Position numbers and translations under genes: made by a program
Notes under the pieces: generated by a model
Database searches by the model: none
What the model was told of the DNA's origin: nothing
Seen by the model: the letters and a program-made list of their open reading frames with translations, nothing else
In this document: positions 10,278 to 20,021 of the stretch, piece by piece
Layout of the letters: every line of letters begins with the position of its first letter
How positions within the stretch are numbered: the first letter of the stretch is position 1
Source of the DNA: Bacteroidales bacterium
GTDB taxonomy: Bacteria; Bacteroidota; Bacteroidia; Bacteroidales; VadinHA17
Direction of reading: 5' to 3'
Assembly (NCBI GenBank): GCA_029974835.1
Contig: JARKQN010000089.1
Location: 4,499-68,498 of the forward strand
Length of the DNA: 64,000 bases

Positions 10278-10859
10278 ATGGCTTTTACACTTCAACCGGG
10301 CAGCAGGGCGGTAGATTTTAAACTGCCTGCAACAGACGGAAACACTTATTCCCTTTCCGATTTTGACAAGTACAGGTACCTGGTAATTTTTTTTACCTGC
10401 AATCACTGTCCGTACGTTATAGGATCAGATGAGATAACGCGCATGACGGCTGAAAAATACAGGGAAAAAGGAGTGCAGTTTGTCGGAATAAATTCAAACA
10501 GTGAGAACACTTATTCCGAAGATAGTTTTCCGGATATGGTAAAAAGGATGGAGAAATTCAGATTTCCATGGATTTATCTTTATGATAAAAGCCAGGAAGT
10601 TGCTCTTGCCTACGGAGCCCTGAAAACACCTCATTTTTTTGTTTTTAATGAGAAAAGGATACTGGAATACACAGGGCGGGGAGTGGATAATCCCAGGGAC
10701 ACCTCAAAAATGACCGTAAATGACCTTGACAGGGTGCTTGATGAGCTTACTTCGGGCCGGCCGGTTTCGGTGAGACTTACAAACCCGATAGGGTGTACAA
10801 TAAAATGGGAAGGTAAAGATTCTCACTGGATGCCGCCCGAGGCATGCGACCTCGTCTGA
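10278..10859 (+). CDS. Thioredoxin-fold redoxin (AhpC/TSA-like) protein
   Basis: 193 aa with FTCNHCPYV (CxxC-type motif) in a thioredoxin-fold context ([16 protein letters not shown]...VIFF). Confidence 0.6.
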   Translation: MAFTLQPGSRAVDFKLPATDGNTYSLSDFDKYRYLVIFFTCNHCPYVIGSDEITRMTAEKYREKGVQFVGINSNSENTYSEDSFPDMVKRMEKFRFPWIYLYDKSQEVALAYGALKTPHFFVFNEKRILEYTGRGVDNPRDTSKMTVNDLDRVLDELTSGRPVSVRLTNPIGCTIKWEGKDSHWMPPEACDLV

Positions 10860-10893
10860 TTAAAAAATGTCCGCATAAACCCGGAACAGGTCC

Positions 10894-11649
10894 ATGATAA
10901 ACGGGAAAAAAATAGCGGTTGTTCTTCCGGCCTATAATGCTGAAAAGACTCTCCGGCAAACATGTTCGGAAATACCGCCGGGACTCGTCGATATTCTGAT
11001 TCTGACTGATGATAAAAGCGACGACCGCACTCTTGAAATTGCACAGGAGCTTTCCATAGATCATATCATCCGGCACGATTCAAACAGGGGTTACGGGGCC
11101 AACCAGAAAAGCTGCTACAATAAAGCACTGGAATCGGGTGCCGGCATAATCGTAATGCTCCACCCCGATTATCAATATACGCCTCTGCTTATTCCTGCCA
11201 TGTGCCATATGATTGCCTCAGGCCTGTATGATGTCGTACTCGGTTCAAGGATTCTTGGCAAAGGAGCACTGAAAGGAGGAATGCCACTCTACAAGTATGT
11301 TGCCAACCGGATTCTTACATTTATACAGAACATATTTCTTAATCAGAAACTTTCCGAATATCACACCGGTTACAGGGCCTTTTCTGCTGAAATTCTTAGA
11401 AAAATCCGTTACAATAATAATTCGGACGACTATATTTTTGATAATGAAATCCTTGCCCAGATAATTTTTCTGAAAGGAAAAATAGGGGAGATTTCATGTC
11501 CGACAAAATACACGAAGGAAAGTTCTTCAATAGGATTCCTTAAAAGCATAATTTACGGTACCAGGGTGATTTTTGTTTCGCTGGGATTCATTTTTCATAA
11601 AACGGGGTTGATTAAAAATTCATTGTTCATTTTTGATGAAGAGAATTAA
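10894..11649 (+). CDS. Family 2 glycosyltransferase (polyprenol-phosphate sugar synthase-like)
   Basis: VVLPAYNAE is followed by TDDKSDDRT (a DxD-type region) and MLHPDYQY. It is short (251 aa) like DPM1/Ppm1-type GT2 enzymes. It overlaps the next gene by 17 nt. Confidence 0.75.
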   Translation: MINGKKIAVVLPAYNAEKTLRQTCSEIPPGLVDILILTDDKSDDRTLEIAQELSIDHIIRHDSNRGYGANQKSCYNKALESGAGIIVMLHPDYQYTPLLIPAMCHMIASGLYDVVLGSRILGKGALKGGMPLYKYVANRILTFIQNIFLNQKLSEYHTGYRAFSAEILRKIRYNNNSDDYIFDNEILAQIIFLKGKIGEISCPTKYTKESSSIGFLKSIIYGTRVIFVSLGFIFHKTGLIKNSLFIFDEEN

Positions 11650-13591
11650 AACCGGTCCTGAGGAAGTTAAAACCGGCGTGAATAAAACCGGATTCCGGAA
11701 ATTAACTGCAATCCTTGCTTTAATAATCCTGGTTTTAACATCTTACAGCAGGGTTTTCGACAATGAATTTGTCGACTGGGACGATTTTACCTATGTAGTG
11801 GACAACGAACTGGTAAGAAATTCTTCCGGCAGTATGCTTAAGGAAATTTTTACGACCCCGGTCTCGTCCAACTATCATCCTCTGACAGTTTTATCGCTGC
11901 ACCTGAACAACAATAACTGCCCCGGCTGTCCTCACGGTATTTCACCGGCACCATTTATAAGGTGGAACCTGATACTGCATATAATCAACATATTACTGGT
12001 TTTCTGGTTTATCTCCCTTCTTTGCGGGAGGAGTCTGTTCATTCCGTTTTTTACTGCTGCCGTATTCGGAATACACCCTATGCATGTTGAGTCGGTAGCC
12101 TGGATTTCGGAGCGCAAGGATGTGCTTTATTCGTTTTTTTTCCTGGCGGGACTTGTTTCCTGGATTTATTACAGGAAAAATCATAATAAAAAGGTTGTTT
12201 TCTACCTGCTGACGTTAATACTGTTCATTTCATCATGCCTTTCAAAAGCTGTTGCGGTCGTTTTTCCTGTAGTATTGATACTGATAGATTACTGGCTGGA
12301 GCCTGAGACCGAAAAGGCCGGCTTCCTTAAAGTTGCAAGGCATCTGATTTCAGGACGCAGGCTGTTGCTTCTTCTGCCTTTTCTGGCTGTTTCACTTTTT
12401 ATAGGGCTGCAGGCCTATTTTCTTCAGGATGGCCGTAACTTTCCGGGTTTGCTTCATGTAGAGAAGAGACTGCCCGACATGGTCAACACGGCTGTAAATC
12501 TTAATTTATCGCAGAGAATCGGCACAGGATTTTACGGGTTGGCGGCATATATGCTAAAGTTCTTTTTACCTTTCGGCCTCTCGGCAATATATCCGTATCC
12601 TTCAACGGAGATTCTAAACAGCTTTCGATATTCGCTTATGCTTTCGGGGATGGCTGTAATTGCAGTAGTGTCAGCTGTTCTGATAATCCGTTCCATGGGA
12701 AAAACAAAAATATTTGCATTCGGGACGGGGCTCTATCTGGTCACGGTTATTCTTGTATTACAGATAATTTCGGTTGGTATTGCCATAAGAGCCGACAGAT
12801 ATACTTATCTTCCCTATATAGGGCCCGCTTTCGTTCTGGCATCCATAATTCAGGCGGGATTCGGGGAGAAAATAAGAAGAGTGCTTTTCGTGGCAGCCGG
12901 AGTTTTTCTTATTCTTTTGTGGTTTTTAACCTTCAGGCGGGTGGATGTATGGCAAAACACTGAAGTACTTTGGTCGGATACGATAAAAAGATTTCCTGAA
13001 CTGGAGACACCGCGTTCATCAAGGGGTAAGTATTATACGCGTATGTCGCTGAAGGCAAAGAGTGAATCTGAAAAAAAATTGTATGAAGAAAAGGCTCTTG
13101 CCGATTTTCTTGTTGCCATAAAATCGAAACCGCTGAAAACTGACGTATACGAGGGAACCGGGTACCTTTATGCCCTGAAAGGAGACTTCAGGAAAGCCGT
13201 TGAATTTTTTAATGCAGCACTGATAATTGATAATGAAAACGGAAGTGCCTATTATAACAGGGCACTTGCCTATACTTCGCTCGGGATGGTGAAAGAGGCA
13301 ATAAACGATTATGATATGGCCCTAAGGTACAGGCCGCAGCAGGCAAGGGCGATAATTACCAACCGTTCCAGTCTTCTGCTTGAAACCGGCAGATTCAGCG
13401 AGGCAATATCCGACCTTGATTATCTGATAAGTATAGAACCCCTTAACCCCGATCATTACTTTAACAGGTCAACTGCCAGAATAGTAACGGGCAACCGGGC
13501 CGGAGCTGTTGACGACCTCCGGGCAGTACTGAAATTATCTCCCGGTGACAGAGAAGCAGCGGAACGTCTGAAGATGCTTACACAGCAGTGA
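11633..13591 (+). CDS. GT-C-type polytopic membrane protein with C-terminal TPR repeats (TMTC/PMT_2-like, DUF1736-like region)
   Basis: 652 aa. The first-loop acidic motif is NEFVDWDDFTYVVDNELV. The segment HPMHVESVAWISERKDVLYSFFFLAG is DUF1736-like. About 10 or more TM segments are followed by roughly 4-5 TPR-like repeats (e.g. AYYNRALAYTSLGMVKEAINDYDMAL). Confidence 0.7.
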   Translation: MMKRIKTGPEEVKTGVNKTGFRKLTAILALIILVLTSYSRVFDNEFVDWDDFTYVVDNELVRNSSGSMLKEIFTTPVSSNYHPLTVLSLHLNNNNCPGCPHGISPAPFIRWNLILHIINILLVFWFISLLCGRSLFIPFFTAAVFGIHPMHVESVAWISERKDVLYSFFFLAGLVSWIYYRKNHNKKVVFYLLTLILFISSCLSKAVAVVFPVVLILIDYWLEPETEKAGFLKVARHLISGRRLLLLLPFLAVSLFIGLQAYFLQDGRNFPGLLHVEKRLPDMVNTAVNLNLSQRIGTGFYGLAAYMLKFFLPFGLSAIYPYPSTEILNSFRYSLMLSGMAVIAVVSAVLIIRSMGKTKIFAFGTGLYLVTVILVLQIISVGIAIRADRYTYLPYIGPAFVLASIIQAGFGEKIRRVLFVAAGVFLILLWFLTFRRVDVWQNTEVLWSDTIKRFPELETPRSSRGKYYTRMSLKAKSESEKKLYEEKALADFLVAIKSKPLKTDVYEGTGYLYALKGDFRKAVEFFNAALIIDNENGSAYYNRALAYTSLGMVKEAINDYDMALRYRPQQARAIITNRSSLLLETGRFSEAISDLDYLISIEPLNPDHYFNRSTARIVTGNRAGAVDDLRAVLKLSPGDREAAERLKMLTQQ

Positions 13592-13592
13592 T

Positions 13593-14966
13593 TTATTCCT
13601 TCATAAGCCATTTCTCGGTAAATACAGCGTGTGCAATATTCTTCACATTTGATTTACCATCCTCTGAAGGAACCTGGTTTGTAAAGGTGACGTGAATAAA
13701 TCCGTTTGCATCCTGAATTATTGCAGGATAATGTGCTCTTGTCTGACTCCCGGGAGCTCCGTCGACAAGATTCCTGCTGTATGGCCATGTTTTTCCCTCG
13801 TCGGCCGAAAGCTTAACGGCAAGCCTGTGCCTGCCTTCCTCAAGGTCGTTTGAAACAAGCACCCAGTTCCCGCTTTTCAGGACTATCATGTCGGCAGCCG
13901 AGCCGGGATTGGGTATTCCGGTGTCTTTAACAGTACTCCAGGTTTTTCCCGTGTCGGCAGAAATGCTGACCATAATCCTTTGGGGAGGAGGTCCGTTGTC
14001 GCGCATATAAGCCGTTATTTCGCCATTCCGGCACAATGCCAGAGCAGGCTGAATCGAACCTGCACCAACAACAGGTTCGCTGAACCGCCAGGAATTTCCG
14101 TTATTGTCGGATATTGCAATCAGCGAGAAGTCAAAGCCATCTGAATACAGAGGGAGCAGAATACGATTGTTAACAAACAGCGGCTTATTTCTTGTCTGCC
14201 ATCCTATTCTTCTCATTAACGGATAGCCAAGCCGGGTACGGATTTTTTCTCCCTTCTCATTAATTTCGATACCGTCTGCCATAAAATTCATTCCTTTTGC
14301 AATATCCATGTATCTCTGCAAAGCGCCGTTCCATGTCTCATCAGTAACAGGTCCTTCTCCGTTCTTTGAAATATAGCCGGCAGAAACCAGGTAATCGTAA
14401 TAGTCTGAATATTTTCTTTCGAGTGTTTTCACGAAAGTATCGCGGCTGTTAATTCCGTCAGTGGCGGAACCGTCGGCTTTGACATGGAGCACATCCTGCC
14501 ACGACCAGACGGGGGGTCCCTCTTTCTGCATAAAATTGCTGCTTATCCTGTACTTGATAAGTGATGACTCCCACTGGTAGGCCATAACGGTATACCATAC
14601 GAGCCAAAGCCTTGAAAGTCCGTCGATAAAGAGGACGGGATTAATATCGGGGAACCCTTCAGTATCTGCCATTATGAAAGGCTCAGACCATTTGCCGCTT
14701 TTATGGTTGTAGCGGGCGCCTTTTATTGCAACATCTTCGGCGGTCCGTTCACCGCTTCCCTGGAACCAGGCGACGAGAAGATCATGATTCGGGAGTTCAA
14801 CAATGGTGGAGGCATGACAGTGCCGGGTCTGGAAAGGGAATATGTTTTCTGTCAACATGGTATCCCCGTTTTTAAGAATACCGGAAAATGCCCCGAGCTC
14901 AGGCCTTTTGCAGGAAAATATGTTAAGAAATATTAAAATGAGAAGAGAACTGATCAAAGGTTTCAT
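13593..14966 (-). CDS. BNR/Asp-box repeat lipoprotein (sialidase-fold, substrate unknown)
   Basis: It has a lipoprotein signal (LNIFSC) and Asp-box motifs SADTGKTW, SADEGKTW and SDNNGNSW. I could not verify canonical sialidase catalytic residues. Confidence 0.6.
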   Translation of the reverse strand: MKPLISSLLILIFLNIFSCKRPELGAFSGILKNGDTMLTENIFPFQTRHCHASTIVELPNHDLLVAWFQGSGERTAEDVAIKGARYNHKSGKWSEPFIMADTEGFPDINPVLFIDGLSRLWLVWYTVMAYQWESSLIKYRISSNFMQKEGPPVWSWQDVLHVKADGSATDGINSRDTFVKTLERKYSDYYDYLVSAGYISKNGEGPVTDETWNGALQRYMDIAKGMNFMADGIEINEKGEKIRTRLGYPLMRRIGWQTRNKPLFVNNRILLPLYSDGFDFSLIAISDNNGNSWRFSEPVVGAGSIQPALALCRNGEITAYMRDNGPPPQRIMVSISADTGKTWSTVKDTGIPNPGSAADMIVLKSGNWVLVSNDLEEGRHRLAVKLSADEGKTWPYSRNLVDGAPGSQTRAHYPAIIQDANGFIHVTFTNQVPSEDGKSNVKNIAHAVFTEKWLMKE

Positions 14967-15068
14967 TTTTCCTGAATATTAAAAGCTTATAACTTTAAAA
15001 AAGTTTATATTAGCAAAGGTCCTTAATAACATTCTCCGGAGATTAAAAGTAACATTAAAATTTAAGCT

Positions 15069-16187
15069 ATGAAAACAAATCTTATTAAATGCAGAACCCT
15101 GACATTTTTTGTATCGGTTTCAATTGCAGCCCTGGTTTTGTCAACTTCAGGTTGCGGAAAAGGGGGCGGAGGTCTTGCAGGTGAGGTTGATTCCACAAAA
15201 GGCCTCAAGGATTTCTACAAGCAATATTTTCCGATAGGTGTTGCTGTTGCGCCCAACAATCTGGAAGGTGATGAAGCTGAGCTTATTAAAAAACATTTTA
15301 ACAGCCTGACTGCTGAAAATGTAATGAAACCGGCCCTGATACATCCCGAAGAGAACCGTTACGACTGGGCGAATGCTGACAAAATAATTGAATTTGCCGA
15401 GGCAAACGGAATGAAGGTGCGCGGGCACACCCTCTGCTGGCACAGTCAGACAGGCCAGTGGATGTTTGTTGATGCTGAAGGAAATCCTGCATCGAAAGAG
15501 CTGGCCCTTCAAAGGCTTAAAGATCATATAACCACCGTGGTGTCAAGATACAAGGGTAAAATTTATGCATGGGATGTTTTAAACGAAGTGATCACAGACA
15601 GTGACACAGCGGCGTCAATATACAGGCAGACTCCCTGGCTGAAGATATGCGGTGAAGAGTATATTCCCAAAATATTTCAATGGGCGCACGAAGCCGATCC
15701 GCAAGCCATTCTTTATTACAACGACTATAATACTGAAAACCCCGGTAAGCGGGAGAGGATATATAAGATGCTGAAGAAACTCCTTGATGACGGCATCCCG
15801 GTACACGGAGTAGGCCTGCAGGGTCACTGGAATATCGGCGGTCCTGCAGAAGCGGCTATCAGGGAGTCTATTGAAAAGTTTGCATCACTCGGTCTGGATG
15901 TTCAGATAACTGAGCTTGATGTCTCGATATATACCTCCAGAAATGACACGATTAATATAGGATTTACCCCCGAAAGAGAACAGAAGCAGATAGATTTCTA
16001 TAAGATGGCCTTCAAGGTATTTCGTGAGAAAAAAGATAATATTACGGGGGTTACCTTCTGGAATGTATCGGACAGGCGCAGCTGGCTCGACAGGAGAGGT
16101 CCTGCCGCAGCAACAAAAGCGTACCCCCTGCTTTTCGATACAGAACTTAAGCCCAAAAAGGCATTCTGGGAGGTTGTGAAATTCTGA
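15069..16187 (+). CDS. GH10 endo-1,4-beta-xylanase (lipoprotein)
   Basis: WDVLNEV (acid/base Glu) and ITELDV (nucleophile Glu) are present with a GH10-like overall pattern. The lipoprotein signal is LSTSGC. Confidence 0.88.
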   Translation: MKTNLIKCRTLTFFVSVSIAALVLSTSGCGKGGGGLAGEVDSTKGLKDFYKQYFPIGVAVAPNNLEGDEAELIKKHFNSLTAENVMKPALIHPEENRYDWANADKIIEFAEANGMKVRGHTLCWHSQTGQWMFVDAEGNPASKELALQRLKDHITTVVSRYKGKIYAWDVLNEVITDSDTAASIYRQTPWLKICGEEYIPKIFQWAHEADPQAILYYNDYNTENPGKRERIYKMLKKLLDDGIPVHGVGLQGHWNIGGPAEAAIRESIEKFASLGLDVQITELDVSIYTSRNDTINIGFTPEREQKQIDFYKMAFKVFREKKDNITGVTFWNVSDRRSWLDRRGPAAATKAYPLLFDTELKPKKAFWEVVKF

Positions 16188-16245
16188 TCCGGAATAAGAC
16201 TGCAGTAATTTTTATTAAAGGGCAGTATATTAAATGCCCCGTTAA

Positions 16246-17967
16246 TCAGTGAAGGTCTCTTGACACTACAGAACCCGAGCCGCCTTTAAGGAAGTCAAAA
16301 TCACAGCCCTTATCGGCCTGTTCAACATGTTTTATAAACATGCTTACGTACCCGCGGTCTGCTGCCGGCAGGGGCGGAGTCCATGATTTCTTTCGCCGGG
16401 CAAGTTCTTCTGCCGGAACGAGCAGATTAAGGGTTCTTTTTTCGACATCCAGTTCAATTATATCACCTGTTTTCACAAGGGCCAGGGTACCGCCCACTGC
16501 CGATTCGGGCGATATATGAAGAACCGCGGTTCCGTATGCCGTTCCGCTCATGCGCGCATCGGAAATACGCACCATATCTGTAATACCTTTTCTGATCAGT
16601 TTTGCCGGCAGGTCCATATTGCCGACTTCCGGCATCCCGGGGTAACCGACAGGACCGGCACCCTTGAGAACCATAACACAGTTTTCATCGATATCAAGAT
16701 CCGGATCGTCAATCTTTTCGTGGTATTCCTCTATGTTTTCAAAAACCACCGCTCTTCCCCTGTGCTTCAGTAATTTGCCCGAGGTTGCACAAGGTTTGAT
16801 TACGGCACCGTTTTCACACAGGTTTCCCTTCAGGACAACGATACCGGCATTTTCCTTTAACGGTTTATCGGCAGTTCTGATCACATCGTTATTGTAACAA
16901 ACTGCATCCCTGCAGTTTTCGGAGATGGTTTTGCCGTTAACGGTAATCGCGTCGGCATGGATATATTTAATCATTTCCCTGATAATTACCGGCAGGCCTC
17001 CTGCATAGTAAAAATCCTCCATAAGATATTTACCCGACGGCATGAGGTTCAGCAAAAGAGGTATATGACTTCCGAGACGGTCGAAATCGTCGAGAGTAAG
17101 GTCAACTCCTATTCTTCCGGCAATTGCCAGCAGATGGATTATAAAGTTTGTTGAACCGCCGACAGCAGAGTTGATGATTATCGAATTCTCAAAAGCTTTT
17201 CTTGTAAGAATATCTGACATTTTAAGGTTTTCGCGCACCATTTCGACTATTCTGTTGCCTGACAGGTGAGCCATTACTTTTTTTCTTGAATCGACAGCCG
17301 GTATTGCCGATGCGCCGGGGAGTGTAAGGCCAAGTGCTTCAACCATTGTGGCCATGGTGGAAGCAGTTCCCATGGTCATACAGTGTCCGGCACTTCTCGA
17401 CATGCAGGTTTCGGCTTCAATCAGATCTTCTCTTGAGAAGGTCCCGGCTTTCAGCGCTTCAGATATCTGCCATGTGGCGGTGCCGGATCCGATATCCCTG
17501 CCTCTGAATTTGCCGTTAAGCATGGGGCCGCCGGGGACCACGATAGTTGGAAGGTTAACACTTGCTGCCCCCATCAGTGTTGAAGGAGTGGTTTTGTCGC
17601 AGCCTGTAAGGAGAACAATACCATCGAGAGGATTGGCTCTGATGGATTCTTCCACGTCCATGCTTGCCAGGTTCCTCCACAGCATGGTGGTGGGCTTCAT
17701 GATAGTTTCGCCGAGTGACATCACCGGGAATTCCAGAGGGAATCCTCCTGCCTCATAAACACCGCGTTTGACAATTTCTGCAAATTCGCGAAGATGTCCG
17801 TTGCATGGTGTCAGATCAGACCATGTATTACATATGCCGATAACTGGCTTGCCGCGGAACATATGGTCGGGATGCCCCTGATTTTTAAGCCAGCTTCTGT
17901 GTACAAAACCCATTTTGTCGTCTTTGCCAAACCATTCACTGCTTCTCAGATAAACTTTCTTTTCCAT
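16246..17967 (-). CDS. IlvD/Edd-family dehydratase (pentonate/aldonate dehydratase-like)
   Basis: 573 aa with GCDKTTPS and DARMSGTAYGTAVLHISPE motifs characteristic of the IlvD/Edd family. There is no signal peptide. Confidence 0.8.
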   Translation of the reverse strand: MEKKVYLRSSEWFGKDDKMGFVHRSWLKNQGHPDHMFRGKPVIGICNTWSDLTPCNGHLREFAEIVKRGVYEAGGFPLEFPVMSLGETIMKPTTMLWRNLASMDVEESIRANPLDGIVLLTGCDKTTPSTLMGAASVNLPTIVVPGGPMLNGKFRGRDIGSGTATWQISEALKAGTFSREDLIEAETCMSRSAGHCMTMGTASTMATMVEALGLTLPGASAIPAVDSRKKVMAHLSGNRIVEMVRENLKMSDILTRKAFENSIIINSAVGGSTNFIIHLLAIAGRIGVDLTLDDFDRLGSHIPLLLNLMPSGKYLMEDFYYAGGLPVIIREMIKYIHADAITVNGKTISENCRDAVCYNNDVIRTADKPLKENAGIVVLKGNLCENGAVIKPCATSGKLLKHRGRAVVFENIEEYHEKIDDPDLDIDENCVMVLKGAGPVGYPGMPEVGNMDLPAKLIRKGITDMVRISDARMSGTAYGTAVLHISPESAVGGTLALVKTGDIIELDVEKRTLNLLVPAEELARRKKSWTPPLPAADRGYVSMFIKHVEQADKGCDFDFLKGGSGSVVSRDLH

Positions 17968-18406
17968 TCTCAGATATGTTTATATGATCAATTTAATTAC
18001 CCAGCAGCCCGGGAGTGATATTTTACCGGCAATTTACTGACTTTTTATAAAGTAAAACGTTAAACTCATAAAAACAATGTACAGGAATAATCATTCTGCA
18101 GAATAACAGTTAACAATGGGGGAAATCAGTTTTAGAGTGAAAAAATTCAGGCCCGGGAAGGGCATGGGTCTTCAGCTTAATGCAATTTGACATTAAATTG
18201 ATATTTATGACAAGAAATTTAAAGGAAAATAAAGTTCCGGACTATCAATTTACGGCCTGAAATGTTTAATTTACATTGCCCGGTTCAGGAAGGTTTTTTA
18301 TATGGACTGAAAGGGAACATAAGTTTTCAGAAGTAAGATGGCCTGAGGGCCAAAATGATTCAGGTAACAACCCGGAAGACGGCGTTAAAAAGTAAAAAAT
18401 AAAGTC

Positions 18407-19573
18407 ATGAAAAGATCAGTTTACAGGATTTTGTTGCTCCTTTTTGCCACCTCCCTGGCAGCTTTTTCACAAAGCCCCAATATTCCGCAGGGCGCTGTGC
18501 CGGCACCTACGAACATAAGGCCAGGAGATTGTCCCTGCATATTCAGCGATCTCAGGGTTTTTTTCCGTGTTTCTGCACCCGAGGCCGGGAAAGTGCAGGT
18601 AGATATAGGGAAGGTTTATGATATGCAACGCGACGAAAAGGGAATATGGAGCGTAACGACCGACCCGCTGGATCCCGGGTTTCATTATTATTCCCTTGTA
18701 ATAAACGGGGTAAGAGTATCAGATCCCGCCAGTGAATCATTCTACGGAACAGGCAGAATGTCGAGTGCCATAGATATTCCTGAAAAAGGGGTGGATTTTT
18801 ATTCGATTAAAGATGTTCCTCACGGGGAAATAAGAAACAGGATATATTATTCAAAAACCACGGGTACGTGGAGAAGCCTGAACATTTACACACCGCCAGG
18901 CTACGATAAATCGGTCAGTGAGAGATATCCGGTTCTTTACATTCAGCACGGAGGAGGAGAGGATGAAAGAGGATGGGCCGTGCAGGGCAAAACAGGGTTA
19001 ATCCTCGATAACCTCATAGCTGAAGGGAAAGCCGCACCTATGCTGGTGGTTATTCCAAACGGCAATGTGTCGAGGCCGGGGATGACTGCAGGAGGATATA
19101 ATGATGAGGCCATGGCTCTTTTCAGGGAGGAATTGTTCGGGAATGTGATCCCTTTTATTGAAAGCAACTACAGGGTCAAACCGGGAGCCGCAAACAGAGC
19201 CATTGCCGGGTTATCGATGGGAGGGGGGCAGGCGTTTTATACCGGGCTCCGCAATACTGATATGTTTGCAAATGTCGGCGTGTTCAGTACAGGACTTTTC
19301 GGAGGTATTTCACGCCAGCCCGGGGCAGCAGAGTTTAACCCCGAAACGGTTATCCCGGGCATATTAACAAATCCGGCCTCTTTCAACAGCAAACTCAAAG
19401 TATTCTATATCTCGGTTGGAGAGCAGGACCCCAGAGTCGAAGCAACAAAAAAATTGGTTCAGACTTTTAAGGAAAAAGGGCTTAAAGTCGAATTTGCATC
19501 CTTTCCCGGAGCTCATGAATGGCAGGTATGGAGGAAATCCCTTCATGATTTTGCACAGAGAATATTCAAGTAG
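18407..19573 (+). CDS. Secreted esterase (esterase D / CE1-like, feruloyl or acetyl-xylan esterase candidate)
   Basis: A signal peptide and an N-terminal Ig-like region are present, with HGGGEDE and the GLSMGG serine elbow. The context is next to GH10 and SusC/D. Confidence 0.7.
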   Translation: MKRSVYRILLLLFATSLAAFSQSPNIPQGAVPAPTNIRPGDCPCIFSDLRVFFRVSAPEAGKVQVDIGKVYDMQRDEKGIWSVTTDPLDPGFHYYSLVINGVRVSDPASESFYGTGRMSSAIDIPEKGVDFYSIKDVPHGEIRNRIYYSKTTGTWRSLNIYTPPGYDKSVSERYPVLYIQHGGGEDERGWAVQGKTGLILDNLIAEGKAAPMLVVIPNGNVSRPGMTAGGYNDEAMALFREELFGNVIPFIESNYRVKPGAANRAIAGLSMGGGQAFYTGLRNTDMFANVGVFSTGLFGGISRQPGAAEFNPETVIPGILTNPASFNSKLKVFYISVGEQDPRVEATKKLVQTFKEKGLKVEFASFPGAHEWQVWRKSLHDFAQRIFK

Positions 19574-19948
19574 CTTTATATCAACAAAAAAGAATCGTAA
19601 TACTTAATTTAAGGCACGATTTATTTTCCAAATTCCCTTTAATTCTTTCCCTATAAGGGATTATAAATTTTTTAGCTTAATATTTTTATATCTCACATTT
19701 TCAGGATGATATGTATTCCTGATAGATTTTAGTTTTCTCCCGGTTTCCGGATTTTTGAATGTTTTATTAAACTATTTGACATAAAATTTAACATCTGTTA
19801 ACATAATAAGTGTTAAATTTCTTAGTCTGGTAATCAAGTTTTTTCTCACAATGTAATCGGAATTAATGTTTGCAGACGAAATTAACTATGATAATACATT
19901 AATTAATTAATAATCAAAACCATATGCCTATGAAACACTACTGACTTT

Positions 19949-19956
19949 TAATTTTG
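19949..19956 (+). promoter_or_regulatory. Candidate -7 promoter box (TAatTTTG) upstream of susC-like gene 1
   Basis: TAATTTTG matches TAnnTTTG and lies 66 nt upstream of the ATG at 20022. Confidence 0.3.
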
Positions 19957-20021
19957 AAACAGACCCAGGTAAATAGTCTGAAATCTTAAACAGTAACAGT
20001 TTAATAATTAACCTATTAACT

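Noticed and set aside
13591-13593. The convergent TMTC-like and BNR genes end 1 nt apart, considered as a sign of misassembly or gene fusion.
   Set aside because: Both ORFs end with complete, family-typical C-termini and proper stop codons. Tight convergent spacing occurs in compact genomes.
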